This document shows, piece after piece, positions 50,075-61,845 of a stretch of 64,000 bases of DNA (the first letter of the stretch is position 1; every line of letters starts with the position of its first letter). Location of the stretch: NCBI GenBank assembly GCA_017517275.1, contig JAFWZX010000012.1:52434-116433 (forward strand), read 5' to 3'. The DNA is from Clostridia bacterium (GTDB taxonomy: Bacteria; Bacillota; Clostridia; UBA1212; UBA1255). The notes under the pieces are model-generated. The model worked only from the letters and a program-made list of their open reading frames with translations. It did no database searches and was not told where the DNA came from. The position numbers and the translations under genes were made by a program.

Positions 50075-50941
50075 TTATTTAAGTCCTGTTAATAATTCTA
50101 TTATTCTTTCTCTCTCATCAGAAGAATAATACTCAATTACAATTTTTCCCTTGTTGTTTTTATCATCCAACGTTACCTTTGTTCCCAGTGCTGATTGTAA
50201 CTTCTGATTAATATATTCTATATCAGGATCTTTTTCCTTTTTCTTATCACTCTTTTTCTTTTCAGGTTTAACTGTTTGCAGTTCTTTTACGTATCCTTCC
50301 GCCTGTCTGGCACTGTATTCATTTTCAACAATGTATTTTGCCGCAGCAAGCTGTTTTTTATTATCCGGAATAACAAGAAGCGGTCTTGCTTGTCCGGGAT
50401 TCAATTCCCCTGAAATAATCATTTCAGTAATCTCGTGCCCAAAATTGAGAAGACGTAACGTATTTGCAATAGCAGGTCTGCTTTTTCCTACAATATTTGA
50501 TAATTGTTCTTGTGTCATATCATACTCATTTATTAACTTTGCGTATGCTTCCGCTTCTTCTATAGGATTAAGATCTTCCCTTTGAATATTTTCTATTAGT
50601 GCAAGCTCCATGTATTCCTTGTCTGTAACAGATTTTTCAATAACCGGAACAGTCTTTAACCCGGCAAGAGTAGCAGCTCTCCATCTTCTTTCTCCCGCTA
50701 TGATATAGTACGTGTTTCCCTCTTTATTAACAATTAAAGGTTGAATAATGCCGTGTTCTTTGATTGAAGCTGCCAAAGCTTCTAATTTTTCCTTATCAAA
50801 CGTTTTCCTAGGCTGATCTTTGCCTGGTTTAACGTCTGATATACTAACATCAAGAACACTTTTATTATCATTAGAAATATTGTTTGCCAGTAAAGCGCCA
50901 AGACCTTTACCAAGTGCCTGTTTTTTTATAGCCATAATCAA
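50075..50941 (-). CDS. parB: ParB/Spo0J partition protein
   Basis: GKGLGALL, ParB box GERRWRAA and HTH; 288 aa. Confidence 0.9.
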   Translation of the reverse strand: MIMAIKKQALGKGLGALLANNISNDNKSVLDVSISDVKPGKDQPRKTFDKEKLEALAASIKEHGIIQPLIVNKEGNTYYIIAGERRWRAATLAGLKTVPVIEKSVTDKEYMELALIENIQREDLNPIEEAEAYAKLINEYDMTQEQLSNIVGKSRPAIANTLRLLNFGHEITEMIISGELNPGQARPLLVIPDNKKQLAAAKYIVENEYSARQAEGYVKELQTVKPEKKKSDKKKEKDPDIEYINQKLQSALGTKVTLDDKNNKGKIVIEYYSSDERERIIELLTGLK

Positions 50942-50962
50942 ACCTCTTAAATAAAATATACA

Positions 50963-51724
50963 TTACGTTGTCAAAATCAATTCATCCGCCAAACTAAGAT
51001 ATGCTATTGCTCCCTTTGAAGATGAATCATACATTATAATAGGAAGACCGTAGCTCGGAGCTTCGCTAAGTCTAACATTCCTCGGTATTAATGTTTGATA
51101 TACTTTATTTGTAAAATGCTTTTTAACTTCGTCAGCAACTTCAACTGACAAATTTGTACGCGGATCAAACATTGTTAAAACCACCCCTTCTACCAAAAGA
51201 CTTCTGTTAAGATGCTTTTGAACAAGTTTAACCGTTTCCATTAACTGAGATAACCCTTCTAATGCAAAATATTCACATTGGATTGGTACAAGAACAGTAT
51301 GTGCTGCAGTAAGAGCATTTAAAGTTAACAAACCAAGAGACGGAGGACAATCAATAAAAACATAATCATAGTGGCCTGATACTTCTTCAAGCGCTGATTT
51401 AAGCCTTGATTCTCTTGAAATCAAACTAACAAGTTCTATTTCTGCTCCTGCTAAATTCATACTTGCCGGACAAATATATAAATTTTCTTGAGGTGTTTTC
51501 ATTACTACATTAGAAATTGACTCCTCATTAATTAAAACATCATAAATTGAATACTTTGTTGTTCTCTTATCAATACCAAGTCCTGTAGAAGCATTTCCTT
51601 GTGGATCAAGATCAATTAGCAATACTTTTTTACCTCTGTGAGCTACACAAGCACTTAAATTTATAGAAGTTGTTGTTTTACCAACGCCTCCCTTTTGATT
51701 CGCTACAGCAATAATCTTTGTCAT
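50963..51724 (-). CDS. parA: ParA/Soj partition ATPase
   Basis: Deviant Walker A KGGVGKTT; 253 aa. Confidence 0.9.
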   Translation of the reverse strand: MTKIIAVANQKGGVGKTTTSINLSACVAHRGKKVLLIDLDPQGNASTGLGIDKRTTKYSIYDVLINEESISNVVMKTPQENLYICPASMNLAGAEIELVSLISRESRLKSALEEVSGHYDYVFIDCPPSLGLLTLNALTAAHTVLVPIQCEYFALEGLSQLMETVKLVQKHLNRSLLVEGVVLTMFDPRTNLSVEVADEVKKHFTNKVYQTLIPRNVRLSEAPSYGLPIIMYDSSSKGAIAYLSLADELILTT

Positions 51725-51786
51725 AACAATCTAAGACCTTTCTATACAACAGATAAACACTAAAAATGTTTCACGTGAAACATTTT

Positions 51787-53984
<2,198 letters not shown>

Positions 53985-54014
53985 AAAAGAATATACTTTA
54001 ACTTATATATTGTA

Positions 54015-55148
54015 TCATTGTAAGGGATTTTTTTCAATTAGTTTTTCCAGTTCAATTGCTTTGAACGACGAGATGCCTTTTATTGTCTCTTCAATATGTG
54101 TACACGTTATTAACGTTTGTATATTAGTAAGTTCGTTAATTAATGCTCTTTGTCTGTTTATATCAAGCTCAGATAATACGTCATCTAAAAGAAAAATAGG
54201 TTTTCTTCCTGTTTTTTTCTTTAACAATTCTAATTCTGACATTTTTAGGGATAATACTGCAGTTCTTTTTTGTCCTTGAGAACCAAATCTTTTTATGTCA
54301 TTTTCTTCTAATTTAAAAATAATATCATCTCTATGCGGACCGATATATGCAGCTTCTCTTTCGATTTCTTTATCCATTTTTTGTAATAAATACATTTTCA
54401 TTTTCCTGCATATTTCTTCCTTGTTTGTAAAATCTACGTCTCCCATTTCTTCTAATGTAAAAGTTCCTGAATCATATTGCATTTTCAGTGTTTCTTTTCC
54501 TGAAATTATTTTATTTTTTTCTGACGCTATTTTACATATTTCATTAATAAATTCATATCTTTTATAAATAATTTTACTTCCTGCTTCAGATAATTGGTCA
54601 TTCCATAAATCTATCATTGCTCTGTTCGATGCAGAGTTTTGAAATTTTATATTTTTAAGCAGACTGTTTTTTTGTGCTATTATTTTATTATATTGGAGCA
54701 AATCAAAATAGTAAGATGGATAAAGCTGGGAAATTGCAATATCCATAAATTTTCTTCTTTCTGCCGGACCTTCAGTTATTAACTGAAGATCTTCCGGTGA
54801 AAAAATAACTGCTATTACATTTCCCATTAAATGGCCCATTTTTCTTAAATAAAAACCATTAACTTTTATATATTTTTCTCGGTTTTTTTCATATTTAATA
54901 CTTATATTTTCTGTTATATCTTCTTTTATCGATAAGTTAATATTAAATTCCTGTTCACCGTATCGTATCAGATCTGCATCTTTACTGTTTCTAAAAGATT
55001 TTCCAATAACTGTCAAAAAAACAGCTTCAAGGATATTTGTCTTCCCCAAGCCGTTTTTCCCGTACAAAACCGTGACCCCGTCTGAAAAACAAAGATCAAA
55101 CGATTTATAATTTCTAAAGTTATTTAAATGAATATCACTTACGAACAT
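54015..55148 (-). CDS. recF: DNA replication and repair protein RecF
   Basis: Walker A GKNGLGKTN and C-terminal LLDDVLSELD signature. Confidence 0.9.
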   Translation of the reverse strand: MFVSDIHLNNFRNYKSFDLCFSDGVTVLYGKNGLGKTNILEAVFLTVIGKSFRNSKDADLIRYGEQEFNINLSIKEDITENISIKYEKNREKYIKVNGFYLRKMGHLMGNVIAVIFSPEDLQLITEGPAERRKFMDIAISQLYPSYYFDLLQYNKIIAQKNSLLKNIKFQNSASNRAMIDLWNDQLSEAGSKIIYKRYEFINEICKIASEKNKIISGKETLKMQYDSGTFTLEEMGDVDFTNKEEICRKMKMYLLQKMDKEIEREAAYIGPHRDDIIFKLEENDIKRFGSQGQKRTAVLSLKMSELELLKKKTGRKPIFLLDDVLSELDINRQRALINELTNIQTLITCTHIEETIKGISSFKAIELEKLIEKNPLQ

Positions 55149-56254
55149 TATCTGGCTTTATTAAGCTTAACCGGCATTGTCAGGAAAATAAATTCCTTAT
55201 CATTTACACCGTTGATGACACACGGTCCTACAGCTGAAGTTAAAGATACAACTATCTCTTCATCATTTATTACTCTAAGACATTCAATAACGCTTTTAAT
55301 GCTAAGACCAAGCTCAATTTCTTCACCTGATATTTCTGCATTTATAACTTCTCGTAATACTCCGTTTTCAGCATTTATGTAAACTATAACCTCATCATTT
55401 CGTGTAAATTTAACTGATAAAGGATATTTTCTTTCATCCTTCATTACAAGCTGAGCTCTTTCAAAAGATTCTAATAAATCTTTTGTCTTAATTTTGCACG
55501 TTGTTTTGTATTCTTTAGGAAACATTTTTCTGTAATCAACGTATTCGCCTTTATACAACTTGGAAATCATTCTGAATTTATCATTATAAAACATAATCTG
55601 ATTATCGTTGCAGCAGAATTTTATCGTCTCATCTTCACTTTTTACTGATTTAGACAATTCATTAAGTATCTTAGTCGGTACTACTACACCGAATTCTCTT
55701 GAATCTTCTACATCTGTATATCTAAGAGCAAGTCTATATCCGTCAATTGCAACAAAATTAAGCTTTCCTTCTTTTTGCTCCATAAATACACCTTTTAATA
55801 TTACTCTCTTTTCTTCAAGACAAGCAGCAAAAGATGTTTGTTTTATTAAATTACAAAGAACAGACTCATTTATTTTAAACTCATTCGATGAATCTATAAA
55901 TTCAACCGGAGGATATCCATCATTATTAAAAACGTTTATCTTATAATTTGCATTACGACTTGTTATAGATATAGTATTATCATCAATTGTTTCAATTGTT
56001 ACGTAAATATCAGGTAATTTTCTTATAATATCACCAAAGGTTTTTGAATTTACAACTATACTTCCGATTTCTTCTATAATTCCGGGAATCTCATATACTA
56101 TTCCAAAATCTCCGTCACTTCCTGTGAAACGAAGTTCTTCCCCTACTTCAATCAACATACATTCCAAGATGTTAATGGATGACTTTGAAGGAATTGCTTT
56201 TTGAACTATATTGATACATTCTATAAGATTGTCTTTGTTGCAAGTAAATTTCAT
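55148..56254 (-). CDS. dnaN: DNA polymerase III beta sliding clamp
   Basis: 368 aa three-domain clamp; position between dnaA and recF. Confidence 0.9.
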   Translation of the reverse strand: MKFTCNKDNLIECINIVQKAIPSKSSINILECMLIEVGEELRFTGSDGDFGIVYEIPGIIEEIGSIVVNSKTFGDIIRKLPDIYVTIETIDDNTISITSRNANYKINVFNNDGYPPVEFIDSSNEFKINESVLCNLIKQTSFAACLEEKRVILKGVFMEQKEGKLNFVAIDGYRLALRYTDVEDSREFGVVVPTKILNELSKSVKSEDETIKFCCNDNQIMFYNDKFRMISKLYKGEYVDYRKMFPKEYKTTCKIKTKDLLESFERAQLVMKDERKYPLSVKFTRNDEVIVYINAENGVLREVINAEISGEEIELGLSIKSVIECLRVINDEEIVVSLTSAVGPCVINGVNDKEFIFLTMPVKLNKAR

Positions 56255-56530
56255 TTTTTTCCCTCCGATAGATGATTATGTATTTATGTATTATATCATA
56301 TATTTCTTTTTGGTGGTAGTGATAATATGTTCTGTGGAAACTGTGGAAAAGTGCATTTTATCAAGTGTTTACAGGCTTATTGCTTGTGTATAAATTTGTG
56401 GATAACTGTAAAAAGTTATCCACATTATCCACAGGAACAAAAAAATTAAAAGTTATCAACATTTCATCCACAACGTTATCCACAGGGTTTTTTCCACTTA
56501 TCCACAAAAATCTGTGGATAAGTTAATATT
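56255..56530. promoter_or_regulatory. oriC: cluster of at least 10 DnaA boxes (TTATCCACA and variants, both orientations) plus an AT-rich DUE-like tract adjacent to the dnaN start
   Basis: Read directly. TGTGGAAA x2 at 56334-56350; TGTGGATAA at 56398; TTATCCACA at 56416, 56425, 56476 and 56498; TCATCCACA at 56464; TTATCAACA at 56453; TGTGGATAA at 56513. AT-rich 56277-56315. Confidence 0.8.
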
Positions 56531-57646
56531 TATGTTTTTCTTTAATTCTTCCATTGTAAGCTTAACGTCAAGATTAATATCAACTTGTTTAGCGATTTGT
56601 TCACAGGCATACATTACAGTAGTATGATCTCTGCCGTTAAATGTTGCTCCGATATCAGGATAAGACATTTCAGTGAGTGTCCTGCACAGATACATTGCAA
56701 TCTGTCTGGGATGGACTAATTCTTTTGTTCGTTTTTTAGATAATATATCTTCTATACTAATATTAAAAAATCTGGAAACACAGTCAATTATTACGCTGGC
56801 AGAAATTTCATGAACCTCGTTTACCTGTAAATGTTTAAGTGCATTTTTTGCAAGTGAAAGAGATATTTCTCCACCCTGTGTAAGAGACATAGTGAGACTA
56901 TTAATTACACTCTCAAGCTCTCTGATGTTGTTACCTGTAGAGTACGCAATAAAATCAAGAATTTCATTATCCACTTCAAGATTATTTTCAGAAGCTTTCT
57001 TACCTAAAATAGCAACTTTCGTTTCAAAATCAGGTGCTTGAATATCTGTAATAAGTCCCCATGCAAAACGCGTACGTAGTCTTTCTGCTAAAATTTGGAT
57101 TTCGTTAAGAGGACTGTCACTTGATATAACAATTTGTTTCTTCTGTTCGTATAGTGTATTAAAAATATGAAAAAATTCTACTTGCGTACTTTCTTTACCG
57201 GATATGAATTGTATATCGTCAATAAGAAGAACGTCTATATCTGTGAACCGTTTTATAAATTCCTCATTCGTGTTTGTCTTGATTGAATTGATATATCCAC
57301 TTGTAAACTTTTCAGTTGGAATATATAAAATATTCTTACGCGGATCATTTGAAAGTATTTGATTACCTATTGCGTGTAATAAGTGAGTTTTTCCAAGTCC
57401 GGATTGTCCATATATAAAAAGAGGATTATATGCGTTACCGGGATCATTAGAAATAGCGATAGCCGCAGCGTAGGCCATTCTGTTGCTGTTACCTATAATA
57501 AAAGAATCAAAAGTATACTTTGGATTGAGATTAGCTTTTTCCTGCTTAACAGCTAAAAGTGATTCTTTTGCATTATCAAGGCTTGTATCTACCTGAGGTT
57601 CAATATTATACGTACCTTCAAGGTGAAATTGAACGGTAACGTACAT
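56498..57646 (-). CDS. dnaA: Chromosomal replication initiator DnaA, domains II-IV (ORF restarts at a Met 13 codons after an in-frame TAA)
   Basis: NPKYTFDSFIIGNSN, AAA+ GQSGLGKTHLLHAIG and C-terminal DNA-binding domain. Same frame as the upstream 61-aa domain I ORF. Confidence 0.85.
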   Translation of the reverse strand: MYVTVQFHLEGTYNIEPQVDTSLDNAKESLLAVKQEKANLNPKYTFDSFIIGNSNRMAYAAAIAISNDPGNAYNPLFIYGQSGLGKTHLLHAIGNQILSNDPRKNILYIPTEKFTSGYINSIKTNTNEEFIKRFTDIDVLLIDDIQFISGKESTQVEFFHIFNTLYEQKKQIVISSDSPLNEIQILAERLRTRFAWGLITDIQAPDFETKVAILGKKASENNLEVDNEILDFIAYSTGNNIRELESVINSLTMSLTQGGEISLSLAKNALKHLQVNEVHEISASVIIDCVSRFFNISIEDILSKKRTKELVHPRQIAMYLCRTLTEMSYPDIGATFNGRDHTTVMYACEQIAKQVDINLDVKLTMEELKKNININLSTDFCG

Positions 57647-57685
57647 TTTGAGAACTTCAATAAACTCATTTTTAATTATACTAAA

Positions 57686-57871
57686 TTAATTGTTTTCAAT
57701 AGCTGAAATTAAAAATTCTGAAGGCACACTGAAATGAGCTGTAGCATTTTCGATAGAAATAATTGAAACAGGTTCTATGTAAGTATTGTATTGTAATTCA
57801 GTCAGTTGCTTCTTAATAGACAATTTACAGTCATTCCAAAGCTGACAAAGCTGATTTTGGGTATAGTCCAT
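57686..57871 (-). CDS. dnaA: DnaA N-terminal domain I fragment (61 aa), terminated by an in-frame TAA at the position of a conserved Tyr
   Basis: LWNDCKLSIKKQLTELQYNTYIEPVSII…VPSEFLISAIENN aligns with B. subtilis DnaA residues 5-62. GGAGG RBS upstream. Confidence 0.75.
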   Translation of the reverse strand: MDYTQNQLCQLWNDCKLSIKKQLTELQYNTYIEPVSIISIENATAHFSVPSEFLISAIENN

Positions 57872-57894
57872 GATAGTTCCTCCAAAAAAATTGC

Positions 57895-57933
57895 TTGTCT
57901 TTAGTATAATTAATTCATCAATTGTCTTTAGTA
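57895..57933. repeat. Two perfect 12-bp direct repeats, TTGTCTTTAGTA, spaced 27 bp apart in the dnaA promoter region
   Basis: Read directly (57895-57906 and 57922-57933), 24-62 nt upstream of the dnaA start codon. Confidence 0.4.
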
Positions 57934-58160
57934 GAAATATGCGTAATAAAACATCTGATAATATGTTAAACGATAAGCGCTAACCTAATATAGCAGAAAA
58001 GACAATAACAATGCAAGAGGTTATTTTTATGAAAAAAAGGCAATAATTGTATGATTTTTCACCATTTTCACAAGTTTTTGTGTAAAAAAAAATATAAAAT
58101 ACAAGATGTTGTGCTTTCTAAAAAAATAAATTTTTTTACGTTTTTAAAAAATCCTTATCG

Positions 58161-58189
58161 TTGACAATAAAGGACTTTCGGGCTATAAT
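58161..58189 (+). promoter_or_regulatory. Consensus sigma-A promoter of rpmH: TTGACA, 17 nt, TATAAT
   Basis: Read directly. ~75 nt upstream of the rpmH RBS AAGGAGGTG. Confidence 0.55.
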
Positions 58190-58265
58190 TATCAGTACTT
58201 TTGTCTAAAACAAAAGGGTCATTTACTTGATTATTTACGTTTTACTTAAGAAGGAGGTGTCGGTG

Positions 58266-58400
58266 ATGATCAGACCATATCAGCCGAAAAAGAGACAAAG
58301 AAGTAAGGTTCACGGTTTCAGAGCAAGAATGGCTACTGCAAACGGTAGAAAAGTATTAAAGAGAAGACGTATGAAGGGCAGAAAAGTTTTATCTGCTTAA
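58266..58400 (+). CDS. rpmH: 50S ribosomal protein L34
   Basis: Hand-translated as [44 protein letters not shown]. Below the ORF-track size cutoff. Confidence 0.9.
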   Translation: MIRPYQPKKRQRSKVHGFRARMATANGRKVLKRRRMKGRKVLSA

Positions 58401-58417
58401 GCATAAGTGAGGAACGT

Positions 58418-58783
58418 ATGCCTGAATCTATAAAAAATAACTCAGAATTCAGAAGGGCATATAAAAAAGGCAAATACAAATCCGGACGATATGTGACCGT
58501 GTATGCATTTGCTAACAGGACAGATATAAACAGAATAGGCATTGTGACCGGTAAAAAGGTTGGTAATGCAGTACAGCGCAACAGGATGAGAAGATTGATC
58601 CGCGAGATCTATCATCATAATGTACAAGATAAGATAAGTGGATACGATCTTGTTTTTTTTGTAAAACCGTCTCATCGTGTTGCAGCTAATATAGCACGTA
58701 AATTACGTGCGGAATATATACCAACTTTCGACGAACTCAAAGAAGACATATTACAGTCGTTGAGCATGATGAAAATGATGTGA
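58418..58783 (+). CDS. rnpA: Ribonuclease P protein component
   Basis: Basic 121-aa protein with RNR-like motif ([10 protein letters not shown]) directly after rpmH. Confidence 0.9.
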   Translation: MPESIKNNSEFRRAYKKGKYKSGRYVTVYAFANRTDINRIGIVTGKKVGNAVQRNRMRRLIREIYHHNVQDKISGYDLVFFVKPSHRVAANIARKLRAEYIPTFDELKEDILQSLSMMKMM

Positions 58784-58802
58784 GTATAGAAAGAGGTCAT
58801 TT

Positions 58803-59012
58803 GTGAAAAAGATACTTTTAGCTATAATCAAATTTTACCGTAAGAATGTTTCTCCTATGAAGGCTCCTTGCTGCCGATTTTATCCTACATGTTCCACATA
58901 TGCTATTCAGGCTATTGAAAAATACGGCGCCATCAAGGGAGGCGCTATGGCACTATACAGGATTTTAAGATGTAACCCATTTAGCAAGGGCGGATACGAT
59001 CCTGTTAAATAA
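58803..59012 (+). CDS. yidD: Membrane protein insertion efficiency factor YidD
   Basis: CRFYPTCS…ILRCNPF signature, 69 aa. Confidence 0.85.
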   Translation: MKKILLAIIKFYRKNVSPMKAPCCRFYPTCSTYAIQAIEKYGAIKGGAMALYRILRCNPFSKGGYDPVK

Positions 59013-59022
59013 TGGAGTTAAT

Positions 59023-59760
59023 ATGGATTTTTTAGCTAAACCTTTCGGGGTTTTAATGAATTTTATATACAATTATCTTGCGTTTGACAATTATGGACTT
59101 GCGCTGATATTGTTTACTTTCATTACAAAGCTTCTTTTATTCCCGCTTACTTACAATCAGCAAAAAAGCATGGAAAAACAGCAAGAGCTGGCACCGAAAT
59201 TAGAAGAACTCAAAAAGAGTTATCCTAATGATCCTCAAAAGTTACAAGAGGAACAGCAGAAGCTTTATTCGAAGTATAACGTAAATCCTCTCAGCGGATG
59301 TTTACCTATGTTATTACAATTTCCATTGATTATGGCTTTGTACAGAATCATCAGAGAGCCGGCTCTTTATATAAACAGCGAGTCAATTAACATGAATTTC
59401 CTTGGTTTATTCAAATTGGACGTTGTTCCGGCATGGAATCCGGCTACAATAAAAGGGGATTTGGGATTATATCTTCCTTTAGTATTTATACCGATCATAA
59501 CTGTTGTTACAACGTATTTACAGCAATATTTATCAACTAAATTTGCACAGTCAAATCGACCGAAAAAAGATGAGGCTCCTAATCCTATGAACGGATTATT
59601 AAAAATAATGCCTGTGATGACTTTCATATTTGCATTTATGGTTCCTTCAGGACTTGGTCTCTATTGGACAATGGGTAATGTTTTTGGAATTATACAGCTT
59701 ATTCTTATTAAGAAAGTCTTTGTTACAAAGAAAAAAGAAGGAAGTGTTATAAATGTCTAA
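59023..59760 (+). CDS. yidC: YidC/Oxa1/SpoIIIJ family membrane insertase (short Gram-positive form)
   Basis: Five-TM core with conserved LPMLLQFP region and a C-terminal basic tail. Confidence 0.9.
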   Translation: MDFLAKPFGVLMNFIYNYLAFDNYGLALILFTFITKLLLFPLTYNQQKSMEKQQELAPKLEELKKSYPNDPQKLQEEQQKLYSKYNVNPLSGCLPMLLQFPLIMALYRIIREPALYINSESINMNFLGLFKLDVVPAWNPATIKGDLGLYLPLVFIPIITVVTTYLQQYLSTKFAQSNRPKKDEAPNPMNGLLKIMPVMTFIFAFMVPSGLGLYWTMGNVFGIIQLILIKKVFVTKKKEGSVINV

Positions 59761-60412
59761 ATCAGTTATAAAAGAAGCAAAAACAGTTGACGAAGCTATA
59801 CAAATGGCTTTGTCTGAATTAGAAATCGACTTAGAGGATGCTGATGTAGAAATATTAGAAGAAGGCAGCAAAGCAGTTTTGGGATTTATTGGCGGTAAAG
59901 GAGCAAAAGTAAAAGTTACAGCTAATATTTCAGATTCAAAGATTGTTGCAGCTTTCCTTGATGAGATTATTAAAAGATCTCGCTCAGAAGACGATTATCC
60001 GAAATATGAATTTTTTGAATCAATCAAAAATGATGAAAAAGTTATTGATGTTTCTATAACAGGTAATGACGTTGCACATTTAATCGGAAAACACGGTGAC
60101 ACACTGCAAGCAATTAACTATATTGCTAACACTTTAGTAAACAAGGATAAAGAAAATTACGTTCGTGTTAATATCGATATTATGGATTACAGAAAAAAAC
60201 GCGAGCAGACGTTAAAAGGAATTGCAAACAGAGCAGCTGAGAGAGTAATGAAATATAAAAGACCTGTAGCTCTTGATGCGATGCCTGCATATGAGCGTAG
60301 AATTATTCATATGGCTCTTCAAACGAACAGAAACGTTGTTACCGAGAGTCAGGGATATGAACCTAATCGTTACGTGGTAGTTAAGACGAAGCCATATGTA
60401 AAGAAGATATGA
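59753..60412 (+). CDS. khpB: Jag/KhpB RNA-binding protein (Jag_N, KH and R3H domains)
   Basis: Jag N-domain, KH-like GxxG (IGKHGDT) and C-terminal R3H (ERRIIHMAL). Confidence 0.85.
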   Translation: MSKSVIKEAKTVDEAIQMALSELEIDLEDADVEILEEGSKAVLGFIGGKGAKVKVTANISDSKIVAAFLDEIIKRSRSEDDYPKYEFFESIKNDEKVIDVSITGNDVAHLIGKHGDTLQAINYIANTLVNKDKENYVRVNIDIMDYRKKREQTLKGIANRAAERVMKYKRPVALDAMPAYERRIIHMALQTNRNVVTESQGYEPNRYVVVKTKPYVKKI

Positions 60413-61812
60413 TGCAGTATTATGAAGATACTATTGCTGCAATCTCCACCATGTCAGGTGGCGGCGGCATCGGAATAATAAGAATCAGCGGCATAAATGC
60501 AATTGATGTTGCTGATAAAATATTTGTTGATACAAAGCGGGCGGCAGATTCTGTTGCCCGCATGTCTACTCATACCATAAAATATGGTTATATTATTAAT
60601 CATGAGACAAATCAAATTTTAGATGAATGTCTTGTTTCTTTAATGAGAGCTCCAAAATCTTATACAAAAGAAGATGTAGTCGAAATAAATTGTCATGGCG
60701 GATATGCCGTCATGCACTCAATTTTAGCATTAATATATAAAAACGGAGCAAGACCGGCAGAGCCGGGAGAATTTACAAAAAGGGCCTTTTTAAACGGAAG
60801 AATCGCATTATCCGGTGCAGAAGCTGTTATGGACTTGATAAATGCAAAGACGAGTGAGGCTCACAAAGCCGCAATCAGCCAGCTTTCCGGACGACTTGAC
60901 AATGAACTTAATGATATTTGCGAAAAGCTTAGTCTATGTCTTGCACAAATAGAAGTCGCTATTGATTATCCCGAGTACGAAATGGAAGAGGATACTGCGC
61001 AGGAAGCTATGAATACTCTCGAACGTATAGAAGAGCAATTGAAAAAAATGTCTGCTACATATTCAAGAGGAAAAATTATCAAAGACGGATTTAAAGTGGC
61101 TATTGCCGGTAAACCAAATGCAGGAAAGTCCTCACTGTTGAATGTTTTATACGGAAGTGACAGGGCTATTGTAACAAATATTCCCGGAACAACAAGAGAT
61201 ATCATCGAAGTAAATATTGACGTAGACGGAATTCCCATTATTATCACAGACACAGCGGGACTTCGTGAGACACAAGACATTGTGGAAAAAATAGGTGTTG
61301 ATAGATCATACATAGCTATTTCTGATTCGGATTTAATTTTATACGTAATTGATGCTCAAGGAAATACGGAAGAGGAAAAGGAACTGTTATTCGAAATTTC
61401 TCAAAGATATAACGTTCCGATTATGACTATTATTAATAAAACTGACCTTATAGATAAAAAAAGAGAAACCGAACTATTTGAAGTATTTTCACAGTATGAA
61501 CCTATTATGATATCTATATTATCAAATCAGGGAATAGAAGAAATTTTTAACAGGTTACGCCGGATTTTCACAGAAAAAGGTGTATACATGAATACAGAAA
61601 ATATTATTACAAATGAAAGACACAAGAAATTGTTAGACAGTAGCATAGAGGCCATAACAAAGGCAAAAGAGAGTTATAAAAATAATATGCCGATAGATTG
61701 TATTTCTTATGATATATGGGAATGTGGCAAATATCTGGAGAAAATTACCGGAAAATCCATAGAAGCAGATGTAGTAGAAACAATTTTCAGTCAATTTTGT
61801 TTAGGTAAATAA
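60409..61812 (+). CDS. mnmE: tRNA modification GTPase MnmE
   Basis: DTIAAISTxxG N-terminus, G-domain GKPNAGKSSLLN, DTAGLRE, C-terminal CLGK. Confidence 0.95.
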   Translation: MMQYYEDTIAAISTMSGGGGIGIIRISGINAIDVADKIFVDTKRAADSVARMSTHTIKYGYIINHETNQILDECLVSLMRAPKSYTKEDVVEINCHGGYAVMHSILALIYKNGARPAEPGEFTKRAFLNGRIALSGAEAVMDLINAKTSEAHKAAISQLSGRLDNELNDICEKLSLCLAQIEVAIDYPEYEMEEDTAQEAMNTLERIEEQLKKMSATYSRGKIIKDGFKVAIAGKPNAGKSSLLNVLYGSDRAIVTNIPGTTRDIIEVNIDVDGIPIIITDTAGLRETQDIVEKIGVDRSYIAISDSDLILYVIDAQGNTEEEKELLFEISQRYNVPIMTIINKTDLIDKKRETELFEVFSQYEPIMISILSNQGIEEIFNRLRRIFTEKGVYMNTENIITNERHKKLLDSSIEAITKAKESYKNNMPIDCISYDIWECGKYLEKITGKSIEADVVETIFSQFCLGK

Positions 61813-61845
61813 AGATGTTTAAGAGTTTATGCGTGGTGGTATAAA

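Noticed and set aside
57872-58260. Possible second DnaA-box cluster upstream of dnaA (bipartite oriC)
   Set aside because: No 9-mer within one mismatch of TTATCCACA was found. Only the rpmH promoter, an AT-rich tract and the 12-bp direct repeat are present.
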